Source of the DNA: an uncultured Nannocystaceae bacterium
Lineage (GTDB): Bacteria > Myxococcota_A > Bradymonadia > UBA7976 > UBA1532
Assembly: GCA_964384025.1 (NCBI GenBank)
Contig: CAYLJJ010000029.1
Location: forward strand, 1-60,328
DNA: 60,328 nucleotides
Direction: 5' to 3'
Numbering within the stretch: position 1 is the first letter of the stretch; each line of letters begins with the position of its first letter. The notes under the pieces were generated by a model. The model saw only the letters and a list, made by a program, of their open reading frames with translations, was not told where the DNA came from and searched no databases. A program made the translations under genes and the position numbers. This document shows positions 39,122 to 48,438 of this stretch, piece after piece.

Positions 39122-39736
39122 TTATCCCAACAGGTTGAAGAGTACATCCAGCTTAAGGCGGAGGCGAATAAGCAAACGCCTTGGCTCCACCGGCGCGTCG
39201 GTCGGCAGATGAAGATCTGTGTCCGCTACAAGGATAAAACGCAGCGCCTCTAGAAGAGGAGCGGCTCGAAGCAGGGCGCCCTCCTCATAGAGCAACTCTC
39301 GAGCGGCGATATTGCGTCCTGCTGGGATGGCGATGGTAGAGCCCAGAGGCCAAGCTTCTTTAAAAGGATCAGGGCTCTCTGTAGGAGCCATACGCAGCTG
39401 AACAATCCCCAAATCAGCGGGGATGCCATTGGGAGAGACCTCATACTCCAGCTTACGCAGCGTGACGGCTAGGATACGATCCCGGTTCTCTTCCAGGGCT
39501 TGAGCCTCATCTCCCCGTCCCTCTTGGCGGAGGGTCTCCAAGAGATCAAGCTCCAGGGAGGCTTGGATAGGGATGTTTAGCTCGACGGGAGACGCGGGGA
39601 TCTCTTGCTCGGGGAGCCGAAAGACAACAGGGATCTCCGCCTCCATCTCAAAGCGCGTGACCTCCTGGAAGCCCAACTCCTGACAGCTGAGCAGGCTGAG
39701 GCTGAGCAGCAGGGCTGAGAGTTCACTCCAGGACAT
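39122..39736 (-). CDS. hypothetical lipoprotein
   Basis: MSWSELSALLLSLSLLSC lipobox. No family recognised. Confidence 0.35.
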   Translation of the reverse strand: MSWSELSALLLSLSLLSCQELGFQEVTRFEMEAEIPVVFRLPEQEIPASPVELNIPIQASLELDLLETLRQEGRGDEAQALEENRDRILAVTLRKLEYEVSPNGIPADLGIVQLRMAPTESPDPFKEAWPLGSTIAIPAGRNIAARELLYEEGALLRAAPLLEALRFILVADTDLHLPTDAPVEPRRLLIRLRLKLDVLFNLLG

Positions 39737-39765
39737 GGCGATCTCCTCCCCCAAGCCTCAGAGGC

Positions 39766-40050
39766 TCAGATCAAAAACTTGAGCCCCTCTAAAGCGCCTG
39801 CGGCCTCATAGAGCGCCTCCACCTGCTCCAAGCGCTCATGGTGGATGCGATATTTACAAGCCACCCAGGCCCCTCGTCTTTTGAAGGTCTGGGCTCTGAG
39901 GCGCTCCGGTTCGATCAGCGCAGCGATCATCTCTTGGGTGCGCTGCTCAAAGATCTCAACAGGACCTCCAACAAAGCTGTGGTTGAGCACGGCGGGGAGC
40001 GCGAGGCCCTCCTGGACCGCTTCTCTCTTCGTAAACACAGGGCGTTTCAT
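39766..40050 (-). CDS. small hypothetical protein (94 aa)
   Basis: ORF with host-like codon usage lying between two minus-strand genes. No motif recognised. Confidence 0.25.
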   Translation of the reverse strand: MKRPVFTKREAVQEGLALPAVLNHSFVGGPVEIFEQRTQEMIAALIEPERLRAQTFKRRGAWVACKYRIHHERLEQVEALYEAAGALEGLKFLI

Positions 40051-41702
40051 TTGAGGTCTCCAGGGGGGGGGCTTGGATCGCAGGGTGTCCCCTTCATGAT
40101 GATTTCCAGTTTGCTGCGCCCCTTGATCTCCACCCGCTGCTTTTTCTTATGCTTCCCTGAGCGGAGTTTGAGGTTCAGCACCCCCTCTTTTAAGAGATAA
40201 CGGTGAAACTGTCCATCAGGACAGCGAGTCTTCCACTTCTCTCCTGCCCGCGTGGGCATCTCTTTGATCTTCACCTGAGCCTTTAGCGGACGTCCTTGAG
40301 CATCAAGAACCCGCAGAGAGAGGCTGGGACCCTCAAAGAAGCGCCTGAAGAGCTGCTTCCAGGAACGCCGTAGGACTCTCACCACTCGGTCTCGTGCCTC
40401 CATCTCTCTGGGAGACCAGCGTCCCCCCTCAACCAGGAGCGCGAGGGTCCCATGCGCATATCGGTGCCAGTCCTGATCGACCCCATCCACTGGGTAGAGG
40501 TTGCGCTTTACCCGAAAGGAGCGGTTGTCCAGAGGCTGCGTTCCTAGAGCCTTGGCGACCCCCTCAGCGACCACCCAAGCTTCATTGGGCTCAGGGTTGC
40601 GCACGCCTGGAATGGTGTAGGGAGCCAGCACCGCTACAGTCCCGGTGTGGTAGGAGATGGAGCCCACAAAGCGCTCTCGCTGCGCCAAGCTGATCATCGC
40701 CTGGGTCTCCGGCTCTGAAGCCGCCCGCTTCCCTCGATAATAGGGGCTGTTGCGGCTTGAGCGGCTCCCTCGCTCTCCCAGTTTGCCCCAACGGAAGGGA
40801 TAGTTGCGATTGAGATCGACCCCCTCAGGGTAGGGCTGGCGACCATCTCCATTGACATCATGGCGGTTCTTGCGACCCACGCGAGCGGACTCATCGATAA
40901 AGGTGGTGAGGCCATCTGGGTTGATCAGGGGGACACACCAGATCACCGCCTCTCGCAACCAGCGCTCCAGCTCCACATCTGGGCGCTCCAAGAGGCTCTG
41001 GATGGCGTCCAGGGTAAACTCGATAGAGAGAATCTCGCTGCCGTGGTGAGCGCTGTTAAGCAGAAAGGCAGGGCGGGGGTCGCGAGCCTTGATCTCATGC
41101 GCGATCCCCAGGGCCAGGATAGGGCGGCCTTGGCGGCTTTGCCCCAACACTTGAAGTTGAGTCTGCTTGGGAAAGCGGCGGTGATAGCCCCGTAGGAGCG
41201 CCTCTACCATCTTGGGATCTTTGTAACTCAGGTTGATCCGAAAACCATCCCGGGTCTCCTCGGGGGGCTGGTGGCGAAGCTGTAGGTAGTTGGGAGCCAG
41301 ATATTTCCAGGGCAGCTCGGTCAAGAAACCTCTAGGAGGTGGTTGTCCTTCACAGAAGAGCTGCTCTAAGCCAGGGAGATCTGTACGCCAAACATCTCGC
41401 TCTGGCAGCGTCTCCATCCAGCGGAGGCCGGGCCGGGCCATAGGAGGCTGCTTGGGATCGAAGTAGAGGATCAACGGTGGCCCCTCCAGCCCCAGTGGAG
41501 AGCTGTGGCTGCACTCCTCCCAGCGACTCAGAAAGGCCAGAGCACCCAAGCCCTTCTCTTTGATAAAGAGCCCTGGAGAACCCTCCAGCTTAGGGGCTTT
41601 ACGGGTCCCAAGAGAGCCCAACCAAGCGCCATCATCTGCATCAAAGGCGCTGAGCATTACGCTGCCTCCCAAGAGCAGAGCCAGGATCTCCAAGCGCTTC
41701 AT
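40047..41702 (-). CDS. secreted M14-family zinc carboxypeptidase
   Basis: M14 signatures AHHGSE (HxxE Zn ligands), GVDLNRNYPFRWG (NRN substrate-binding box), SYHTG (third Zn His). The probable start is the ATG at 41702 (MKRLEILALLLGGSVMLSA signal peptide). The ORF-track start at 42092 adds an Arg-rich 130-aa extension overlapping the neighbouring gene. Confidence 0.7.
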   Translation of the reverse strand: MKRLEILALLLGGSVMLSAFDADDGAWLGSLGTRKAPKLEGSPGLFIKEKGLGALAFLSRWEECSHSSPLGLEGPPLILYFDPKQPPMARPGLRWMETLPERDVWRTDLPGLEQLFCEGQPPPRGFLTELPWKYLAPNYLQLRHQPPEETRDGFRINLSYKDPKMVEALLRGYHRRFPKQTQLQVLGQSRQGRPILALGIAHEIKARDPRPAFLLNSAHHGSEILSIEFTLDAIQSLLERPDVELERWLREAVIWCVPLINPDGLTTFIDESARVGRKNRHDVNGDGRQPYPEGVDLNRNYPFRWGKLGERGSRSSRNSPYYRGKRAASEPETQAMISLAQRERFVGSISYHTGTVAVLAPYTIPGVRNPEPNEAWVVAEGVAKALGTQPLDNRSFRVKRNLYPVDGVDQDWHRYAHGTLALLVEGGRWSPREMEARDRVVRVLRRSWKQLFRRFFEGPSLSLRVLDAQGRPLKAQVKIKEMPTRAGEKWKTRCPDGQFHRYLLKEGVLNLKLRSGKHKKKQRVEIKGRSKLEIIMKGTPCDPSPPPGDLK

Positions 41703-42067
41703 CCCCTTACGAGGTCGGAGGCGGAAAGCGGGACCCAGACCCTTCAAGTTGAGCCCATCAAAGCGCACAAAGCGGATCTTGCGTCCTTTGAGCTGAAGCC
41801 CCAGGCCCTTGAGACGACCTTTGCGGAGCGCGGCTCGAAGGATCAGTACTCCTTTGGGACGCGGGCGATCAAAGCGCGCTCGCAGCCAGCCGTTCTGACG
41901 AGGGCTGCCCGCCAACCAATAAGCTGGCCCCTCTCTCGCTTTGAGTTTGCCCCCTCCGATGGACCAGTCACCCACTGAAAGCTGCTCAGAGGGAGGGCGC
42001 TCAGGGCCGACCAAGATCTCCTCACTGGGCTGAAAGGGAGGAACGATGAGAAGTTGGGTGCTGTAGA

Positions 42068-44086
42068 TCAGCGATAGGAGGCGCGATCGCAACGTTCTAC
42101 CACCACCGCCGGACGATCAACATCAGGCCAGTCAAATCCATGCATATTGGGAACATAGAGGAGGCAGAGCGTATCTGTTCCCGCCTCAAGGGGGAGCCAC
42201 CACCAGAGGTTGAGGATATCGAATAGACCACAACCAAAGAGCTCCTCCAGGATCCCGATATCGGCGGGATCGACGCCCAGCGCCTCCAGATCCTGTTCAC
42301 AGACATACTCCTGATGATCGTCATCTGTTCCTTCGATCGTCTCAACCTCAACGCCTCCAGTCATCAGAACCTCATCTATCTCCAGGATGTTGCAAGCGAT
42401 GACGCTGCGCTCCTCAGAGAAGCGCCTCCAACACTCCGCCATAAGCCCCAGGAGTTGTACTTGAACATCCATATCAGCACCACCAATGAGCGTTCGGGCG
42501 GCGCAGAAGCCACCGGTGGTACAGCTGCTTCGATCAGCTTGACAGTGCATATCCTCTCGACACTCTACACAGCTCTCCTCTTCTGAGTGGCAGAAGAGAT
42601 CACCGCTACAATCGCAGTCTTCTCCACACGCGCCCCCTTGAGATTGATGGCAGCGCCGCTCTTGACCAGGACAGTTAGCGACGAGGCTACACTCCGCCCC
42701 TGTAGGACACTGTCGATCCTCTGCGCAAGGTTCTCCGCTCTGAATCCGACACTCCCCTGCCACCTCATCACAGTGGAGATGAGCGCTGACGGCACAGTCA
42801 TTATCTTCACGACAGGAGGTGCCAGGCCCACCTACACAGACCTGTCCATCACAGATCTGCCCTCGCCTAGGGCACTCATCGATGGTCTCGTTGCAGTTGT
42901 CATCCACGCCATTACAAACCTCGCGAGCATCGGGGTTGACCTCAGGATTCTGATCATCACAGTCAGGCCCCCCGTTGGGGCAGGCCCCACTCCCAAAACC
43001 ATCCCCATCCAGATCGACACACTCACCAGTGCCCTGATGGATACAGGGACGATCCCCCCCTACACAGTCATCATCGATGTTATTGCCGCAGATTTCATCG
43101 CGATTTTGATGGATGCGAGGATCGGAGTCATCGCAATCTTCAGCCAGGCAGCCACGCCCCTCTCCATGCCCATCCTGATCTCGGTCAACGCACTCCTGCG
43201 CGATGGCTCCATCTCGCCCACTGCAATCTTGATCGATCCCATCTCCAGGAATATCCCAAGCGGCGGGGTTGATATTGGGGTTCTGATCGTCACAATCCGC
43301 CCCGATACAGTCATCTCCTGTACCAAAGCCATCATGATCCCGATCTTGACAATGTTGGGGACAGGATAGGTCTTGGCCGTTACAGTCCTGATCGACACCA
43401 TCCCCGCAGATCTCACTGGCCCAGCGATTGATCTGAGCATTGCTGTCATCGCAATCATCGCCACGGCAGCCGGAGCCCACCCCAAAGCCATCCTGATCAG
43501 CGTCAGTACAGTTGGGCATACAGGGCACATCACCTCCCTGGCAGTCATCATCACGGAAATTGCCGCAGATCTCCTCAGCTCCTGGGTTCACCGAGGGGTT
43601 CTGATCATTACAGTCTCCACCTTGGGCGTTTCGATTGGCGTTACAGTTCTGAGCCTCCCAGCCATCCTGATCCAGATCATCACAGGCAACGCAGGCGGGG
43701 TCTCGGCTGGGGAGCTGGCCGTTGCAGTCATTGTCAATCTCATTGCCACAGTTTTCATCTCGACCGGGATGGATCGCTGGATCTCGATCCGCGCAATCTC
43801 CTCCTCGATGAGCAGGGTTGGGGTTACAGCTTCGTTCCTGCCAACCATCACCATCAGCGTCGATACAGCCCGTGCCACCGCCTCCCGCAACACCTCCGCC
43901 GCCAGCCATCCCAGCTCCACCTGCCTGACCTCCGCTGCCCACCTCAGGGCCGCTCGCTTGGCTATCCTCCTCGACTACCCCTCCTCCCCCGGCGCCATCC
44001 AAGGCGACATCTTCTTCATAAGCGACAGGCTCTATCTCCTCAGCGCAGGCAGAGAGCAAAAACAGCGCGGCGATCCAAATCCTCAT
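42068..44086 (-). CDS. secreted Cys-rich protein made of tandem MopE-type putative metal-binding repeats
   Basis: 672 aa. MRIWIAALFLLSACA lipobox/signal. At least 8 repeats of the form C..DxDxDG(F/W)...C...DCDDxxxxxxPGxxExCGNxxDDDCxG, followed by a Cys-rich C-terminal domain. Confidence 0.7.
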   Translation of the reverse strand: MRIWIAALFLLSACAEEIEPVAYEEDVALDGAGGGGVVEEDSQASGPEVGSGGQAGGAGMAGGGGVAGGGGTGCIDADGDGWQERSCNPNPAHRGGDCADRDPAIHPGRDENCGNEIDNDCNGQLPSRDPACVACDDLDQDGWEAQNCNANRNAQGGDCNDQNPSVNPGAEEICGNFRDDDCQGGDVPCMPNCTDADQDGFGVGSGCRGDDCDDSNAQINRWASEICGDGVDQDCNGQDLSCPQHCQDRDHDGFGTGDDCIGADCDDQNPNINPAAWDIPGDGIDQDCSGRDGAIAQECVDRDQDGHGEGRGCLAEDCDDSDPRIHQNRDEICGNNIDDDCVGGDRPCIHQGTGECVDLDGDGFGSGACPNGGPDCDDQNPEVNPDAREVCNGVDDNCNETIDECPRRGQICDGQVCVGGPGTSCREDNDCAVSAHLHCDEVAGECRIQSGEPCAEDRQCPTGAECSLVANCPGQERRCHQSQGGACGEDCDCSGDLFCHSEEESCVECREDMHCQADRSSCTTGGFCAARTLIGGADMDVQVQLLGLMAECWRRFSEERSVIACNILEIDEVLMTGGVEVETIEGTDDDHQEYVCEQDLEALGVDPADIGILEELFGCGLFDILNLWWWLPLEAGTDTLCLLYVPNMHGFDWPDVDRPAVVVERCDRASYR

Positions 44087-44182
44087 CTTGATCCCTCACC
44101 CCCGCTCCGGGGTGCTTCGATCCTGAAACAGCAGGGCTCTTTAAGGCAAGCCAATTATTCTCGTGATTTATAGCGGCTCAGA

Positions 44183-44209
44183 GGCTGGATAAACGGTGTA
44201 TATCCAGCC
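44183..44209. promoter_or_regulatory. perfect 9-bp inverted repeat GGCTGGATA-N9-TATCCAGCC between two minus-strand genes
   Basis: Seen directly in the sequence. It sits just downstream of the stop of the 44214..45920 gene and upstream of the 42068..44086 gene. No T-run follows, so it is a stem-loop or operator rather than a canonical intrinsic terminator. Confidence 0.35.
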
Positions 44210-44213
44210 CACC

Positions 44214-45920
44214 TCAGCGCTCCTCAGCAAACGGCAATATGTCAGGGGTGATGAAGCCCGGCGTACTGTAGGTTTGTCGGCGACCGTTCATGTCGAAGCT
44301 GGCCTCAAGAGTGTAGAGGCTGAAGCCAGCATCTGGCGCTTCAAGCGCGACAACGAAAGTGCCATCTGGCTCTGGTTCCAGTAAGCGGGCTGACCAAATC
44401 TCACCCACGAGAGCAAAGCGGAAGTCTCGAGCTTCGGGGTTAGTCGCGACCCACAGTTTGACCTCATCGGGTGGTGGAGCAGCGGAGAAGGTCAATACAT
44501 CACCATCACGGCTCCAACTCATCTGTGGGCGGGGCTGCCCTTCGACCACCGCGCGGAACCATGGAACGACCGTCGCGAGCACATCGCTGATCGCCTCATT
44601 AAGCGAGTGACCAGTGTTGGCAAACTGCCGGTAGACAGTCTCTCCGGGCAGCTCGTCGAGATATAGCGACGCCGCATCGGGTAGGAAGAATTCATCACCC
44701 GCTGCGGTGAGGATCAGCTTGGGCATGGTCAGTCGATCGAGATATGAGATGGGATCAACGATCGCCAAGAGCGCCTCGCTTTCGGGGCTGCCTAAGCGAG
44801 CGATGACGCCCTGCTCGACATAATCTGCGATCGCCTCAGAGTAGAATCCATAGGCTTCAAAATGGCGTTCAATCTGTAACCCCATATGCAATACATCAAA
44901 CACCCCAGGCGCGATGGCGCGCACTCGATCATCATAAATGCCGGTCAGCCACGTTGTCGCCCCGCGCTTTGAGAACCCAGTTACGATCACATCCTGGACT
45001 TCAACCCCCTCAAGCTCATCGTCAAACTCCTGCACTGCGTCAATGCTACGTACCACCGCTTTTGTCATCGGTAGGTAGGCTGGCCAAGTAGGATCACCTG
45101 TCTCCATCATCTTGTTCCAGGTCCAGGCGACGAGCGCATCTTCGCTGTAGGGCTCACCAACATCAGAGAAGATCAATGGTTGGCTGGGGATTTGGGATAT
45201 GTTGATGACCACCGCCTGCATCTGAGTGCTGAGCAAGAAGCCAAGCTGTATAGCGTCCTCGTCAAGCTGCGCATCGGGGCTGGGATGACTGCTGCCGCTG
45301 ATGATCACCAACGCGGTGTCAGTTGAGACTAACGGGGGCACGATAATTGAGACTTCATGGGTCCAGATGGTTCGATTCACCTCCTCCTCAGTACGCCATC
45401 GCTGACTATCAACCAGCAACAGATAGGCTTTATAGGTGGGGGTAAGCTCTTCATCGATGAGCTGCCAGCCAAAGGTTTCATCATCGGCGCGTATATAGTC
45501 GCCGAGCGGTCCCTCAAGCGGAGGGCGTGTCGGAGAAGGCTCAGCGTCGAGGATCTCTCCAGTGTCAAGGACCTGCCCTAAATCAAGGGTCTGCCCTGAG
45601 TCGAGGGCCTGCCCTGAGTCGAGGGTCTGCCCTGAGTCAAGGATCTGCCCTGAGTCGAGGATCTGCCCTGAGTCGAGGATCTGCCCTGAGTCGAAGGTCT
45701 GCCCTAGATCAGGGGTCTGTCCTAGATCAGGAATCTGCCCTAAATCAGGTTGCGATATGACTACATCAGGCTGCGGTGCTGTTGTGTCTGATGTTGAGCC
45801 ATCGCTGGATCCATCACAGGCGAGGAAGCCACCAGACAGTACAAAGATCGTCAAGAGTGTTCGGATAGAATTGAAGCTGTGCATGTCGGGTGCATAGCTT
45901 GGTTGATGGAGAGCGGTCAA
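44214..45920 (-). CDS. secreted lipoprotein with N-terminal 6-aa tandem repeats and a C-terminal hydrolase-like domain (possibly PqaA/PhoPQ-related family)
   Basis: 568 aa. The lipobox FLAC follows an N-terminal hydrophobic stretch. About 11 x (L/P)D(S/L)GQ(I/T) repeats. The C-terminal globular domain has GFSKRGATTW. The family name is uncertain. Confidence 0.45.
   Translation of the reverse strand: MTALHQPSYAPDMHSFNSIRTLLTIFVLSGGFLACDGSSDGSTSDTTAPQPDVVISQPDLGQIPDLGQTPDLGQTFDSGQILDSGQILDSGQILDSGQTLDSGQALDSGQTLDLGQVLDTGEILDAEPSPTRPPLEGPLGDYIRADDETFGWQLIDEELTPTYKAYLLLVDSQRWRTEEEVNRTIWTHEVSIIVPPLVSTDTALVIISGSSHPSPDAQLDEDAIQLGFLLSTQMQAVVINISQIPSQPLIFSDVGEPYSEDALVAWTWNKMMETGDPTWPAYLPMTKAVVRSIDAVQEFDDELEGVEVQDVIVTGFSKRGATTWLTGIYDDRVRAIAPGVFDVLHMGLQIERHFEAYGFYSEAIADYVEQGVIARLGSPESEALLAIVDPISYLDRLTMPKLILTAAGDEFFLPDAASLYLDELPGETVYRQFANTGHSLNEAISDVLATVVPWFRAVVEGQPRPQMSWSRDGDVLTFSAAPPPDEVKLWVATNPEARDFRFALVGEIWSARLLEPEPDGTFVVALEAPDAGFSLYTLEASFDMNGRRQTYSTPGFITPDILPFAEER
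45550..45762. repeat. about 11 tandem copies of an 18-bp unit (consensus ctgccctgagtcgaggat on the + strand), in-frame within the 44214..45920 CDS
   Basis: Direct reading of the sequence shows the tandem copies. They generate the mirror ORFs 45527..45760 and 45562..45897 on the opposite strand. Confidence 0.85.
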
Positions 45921-46040
45921 GGAGCGATTAAGTATGTTCTTGAGCGCCTCTCAAGAACACCCAACACCATCGAGAAACTTCGACAATTACAGACCACAGG
46001 GGAGGGTCAGCGTTTCTCCTGAGGCTTTATTAAGAATGGC

Positions 46041-48206
46041 TCAGAAGAGGCTACACATCTGGACCGAGCAGGGATCACCTCGGCCATCTCCATCTTGATC
46101 CTCTTGGCCCGGGTTAAAGAGCCGAGGGCAGTTATCACAAAGATCACCCAGGCCATCCCCATCTTGATCAAGTTGGGCTGGATCGGGGTGGAAGGGGCAG
46201 AGATCACAGAGATCACCCAGGCCATCTTTATCCAAATCCTGCTGATCTGGGTTGGGCTCAGAGGGACAGCTATCGCAGAGATCACCATAACCATCCCCAT
46301 CCAGATCCTGCTGCTCTGGGTTGGCCACCTCAGGGCAGTTGTCGCTGCCCTGGCAGACCCCATCCTGATCTACAAACTCATCTCCACAGACACCACCCAA
46401 AGAGCGCTCTAAAACAAGGACCCCGTAGGCAACCGCACTGCTCTGTCGCCAATAGCCCCGACGACCATCAGAAGGCCAACTGCCCTCTACATGTTGATTC
46501 TCGGTGAGCTGCCAAGCGAAGTCGTAGTACCAGCCCCGGGGCTCCTCTGGATAGCCATCCAAGACCGGATCTCTTAGACCCCCGATCTCCTCAGCGCTGA
46601 TCCCCTCAGCCTCCTTGGTGACCTCCAGCGCTTTGGCTGCCGCCCAGAGGTGGTAGTAGTAGGACTGCCGCCAGCCACCCACATGATCATCAAAGTGATA
46701 GTTGTCCCTCAGCCAACGCATTCCTGCTTGAACGCGCTGGTCATCAGTTTCTAGACCCGCGAGGCGATAGGACCAGATCCCCGCTGCGGTCATCGCGCTG
46801 GTAGAGGGGGTCTCTAAGCAACCACGATATTTCATACCCCCATCCTCATTTTGAACGTTCTGGAGGAAATTAACCGCCATCGCGAGACTATCGACAGCCT
46901 CTGGAATCTGGCTGGAGGCGGCGCTCAATCCAGCCATGGCGAACTGAGTGGTTGAGAGATCTCCATCTTGCTGAGGGCTGCGATAGTTCCATCCTCCAAA
47001 GTTGCACCACTCACTGTTGCCCGATTGGTGCGCCTTGAGGCTTGATGTCCCCCGAGAGATCGCTTGACTGACCGGGAAGCCAGCCTGGACATCATCTGGC
47101 CCCCCTGTTTCTAGGTAACGAGAGAGGAACATCAAGGCGCTCCCAGTCCCATAGGCGTAGGGCGCACCGCTGCCTTTAAGGGCGGGATCCAGACCCATCA
47201 GATAGGCAGCCATCCTTCTTAAACGCGCCTGATCCTCCTCCTCAGCCCCCTCATAGCCACGCACGGGCGCCTGCCAATGAGCGCTGGCGCGACGCTCAAG
47301 GAGGGCGAGACCCGCCAAACCTGTAGACCAACCATCAACCGCGCCCTCATGCTCTTGAGCGCGGAGCCAATTCAGACCCCGCTCAATCCCCTCATCAACA
47401 CGAAGTCCAAAAGGGGTCAAGGGTCCCTCAGCGATGCCTGCCATGTTCAGCTCTGGCTGCTCCTGAACATGTATGGGGAAGGAGAGCCCCGTACAGAAAT
47501 CAGGGTGTCCCTCTTCGCAGGCGGAGAGCTGAAGTCCATAATCTCCAGGGGTTCGAGTCATGAACTCAAAGCGAAGCCCCTCAGCGAGGCTGTCAAAATC
47601 AGCCTCCTCTGGAGTCTCTAGGATCTCCCAATGAAGCTCGATGGGATCCCCTTCGTTGTCCTGAACAGAGGCCAGGAGGCTTAGAGCCTCGCAGACCAAG
47701 ATGAACTTAGAGGGTTCAAAGCTCAGGGACTCAATAAAGGGAGGGGAGTTGATCGCCGCCATCACGTCCAAGCCGCCTCTGGAGGGCGCTTGACAGCGCG
47801 CCATCAGGAGCAGCTCGGTGGTCTCTCCCTCGCGGATATCTACCCTCTCCTCTCCAGGCTCACATTGAGGCGCGGGCAGTCCAGGGCTCTCCATTGGAAT
47901 CACCCGTACCAAGTAGATCCCAGCCTCCAAGACCGTGTAGGCGTCAGCGAAACGTCGCCCCTCAGGACCCAGATGCCCTGGCAGCCCCTCCTCCTCAAGA
48001 GGAAGATAGCGACTACTGAGCAAGATCCCATCCTCGCGCTCCACCTCAAAGAGAAATCCCGCCAGTTCCAGATCTCCAGCACTCAACTGGAGACTTAAAC
48101 TGCCCATCATCGGGAGCGGAGCCCCCTCCAAATTATCGTGATTTTCATTGCAGGCGGGGAGGAGAAAGAGGCTAAAGATCAAGAGCTGTAAGATGTTCCG
48201 GAGCAT
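46041..48206 (-). CDS. lipoprotein with prenyltransferase/terpene-cyclase-like alpha/alpha-toroid repeats and C-terminal thrombospondin type-3 (TSP3) Ca-binding repeats
   Basis: 721 aa. [19 protein letters not shown] lipobox. Several Q..DG.W repeats ([33 protein letters not shown]). The C-terminus carries 4-5 DxDxDGxGDxCDxCP..xNP.Q.D motifs typical of TSP3 repeats. Confidence 0.55.
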   Translation of the reverse strand: MLRNILQLLIFSLFLLPACNENHDNLEGAPLPMMGSLSLQLSAGDLELAGFLFEVEREDGILLSSRYLPLEEEGLPGHLGPEGRRFADAYTVLEAGIYLVRVIPMESPGLPAPQCEPGEERVDIREGETTELLLMARCQAPSRGGLDVMAAINSPPFIESLSFEPSKFILVCEALSLLASVQDNEGDPIELHWEILETPEEADFDSLAEGLRFEFMTRTPGDYGLQLSACEEGHPDFCTGLSFPIHVQEQPELNMAGIAEGPLTPFGLRVDEGIERGLNWLRAQEHEGAVDGWSTGLAGLALLERRASAHWQAPVRGYEGAEEEDQARLRRMAAYLMGLDPALKGSGAPYAYGTGSALMFLSRYLETGGPDDVQAGFPVSQAISRGTSSLKAHQSGNSEWCNFGGWNYRSPQQDGDLSTTQFAMAGLSAASSQIPEAVDSLAMAVNFLQNVQNEDGGMKYRGCLETPSTSAMTAAGIWSYRLAGLETDDQRVQAGMRWLRDNYHFDDHVGGWRQSYYYHLWAAAKALEVTKEAEGISAEEIGGLRDPVLDGYPEEPRGWYYDFAWQLTENQHVEGSWPSDGRRGYWRQSSAVAYGVLVLERSLGGVCGDEFVDQDGVCQGSDNCPEVANPEQQDLDGDGYGDLCDSCPSEPNPDQQDLDKDGLGDLCDLCPFHPDPAQLDQDGDGLGDLCDNCPRLFNPGQEDQDGDGRGDPCSVQMCSLF

Positions 48207-48438
48207 GAGGCACCTCCAGAAACTAGCTTCGGCATCTTCTAATATTTATATTATTTCCAGGTCCCTTCTGACTCATCCTGAGCTGGAGTCTCGAAGGTTT
48301 GCTTTGCTGGGCTCCTACTGCACCGTGATCCCGATGTCGAGAACAAACAGATATGACAATGGAGACCCCTGCAACCTCACCGAAGAGTGACAGCTTGGAG
48401 GCTCCTTCACTCCCGTTGCTGGAGAGTCTTTCCAAAAT

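Noticed and set aside
41703-42092. N-terminal 130-aa Arg-rich extension of the M14 peptidase ORF (start 42092)
   Set aside because: It overlaps the 3' end of the neighbouring gene and is low-complexity. The internal ATG at 41702 gives a proper signal peptide.
45550-45762. Tandem repeat array considered as a possible CRISPR
   Set aside because: The units are contiguous 18-mers with no spacers, in-frame within a CDS, and no cas genes are present.
45527-45897. Plus-strand ORFs 45527..45760 and 45562..45897 with ALSRGS / ESRVCP repeats
   Set aside because: These are mirror translations of the 18-bp tandem repeat that belongs in-frame to the minus-strand lipoprotein gene.
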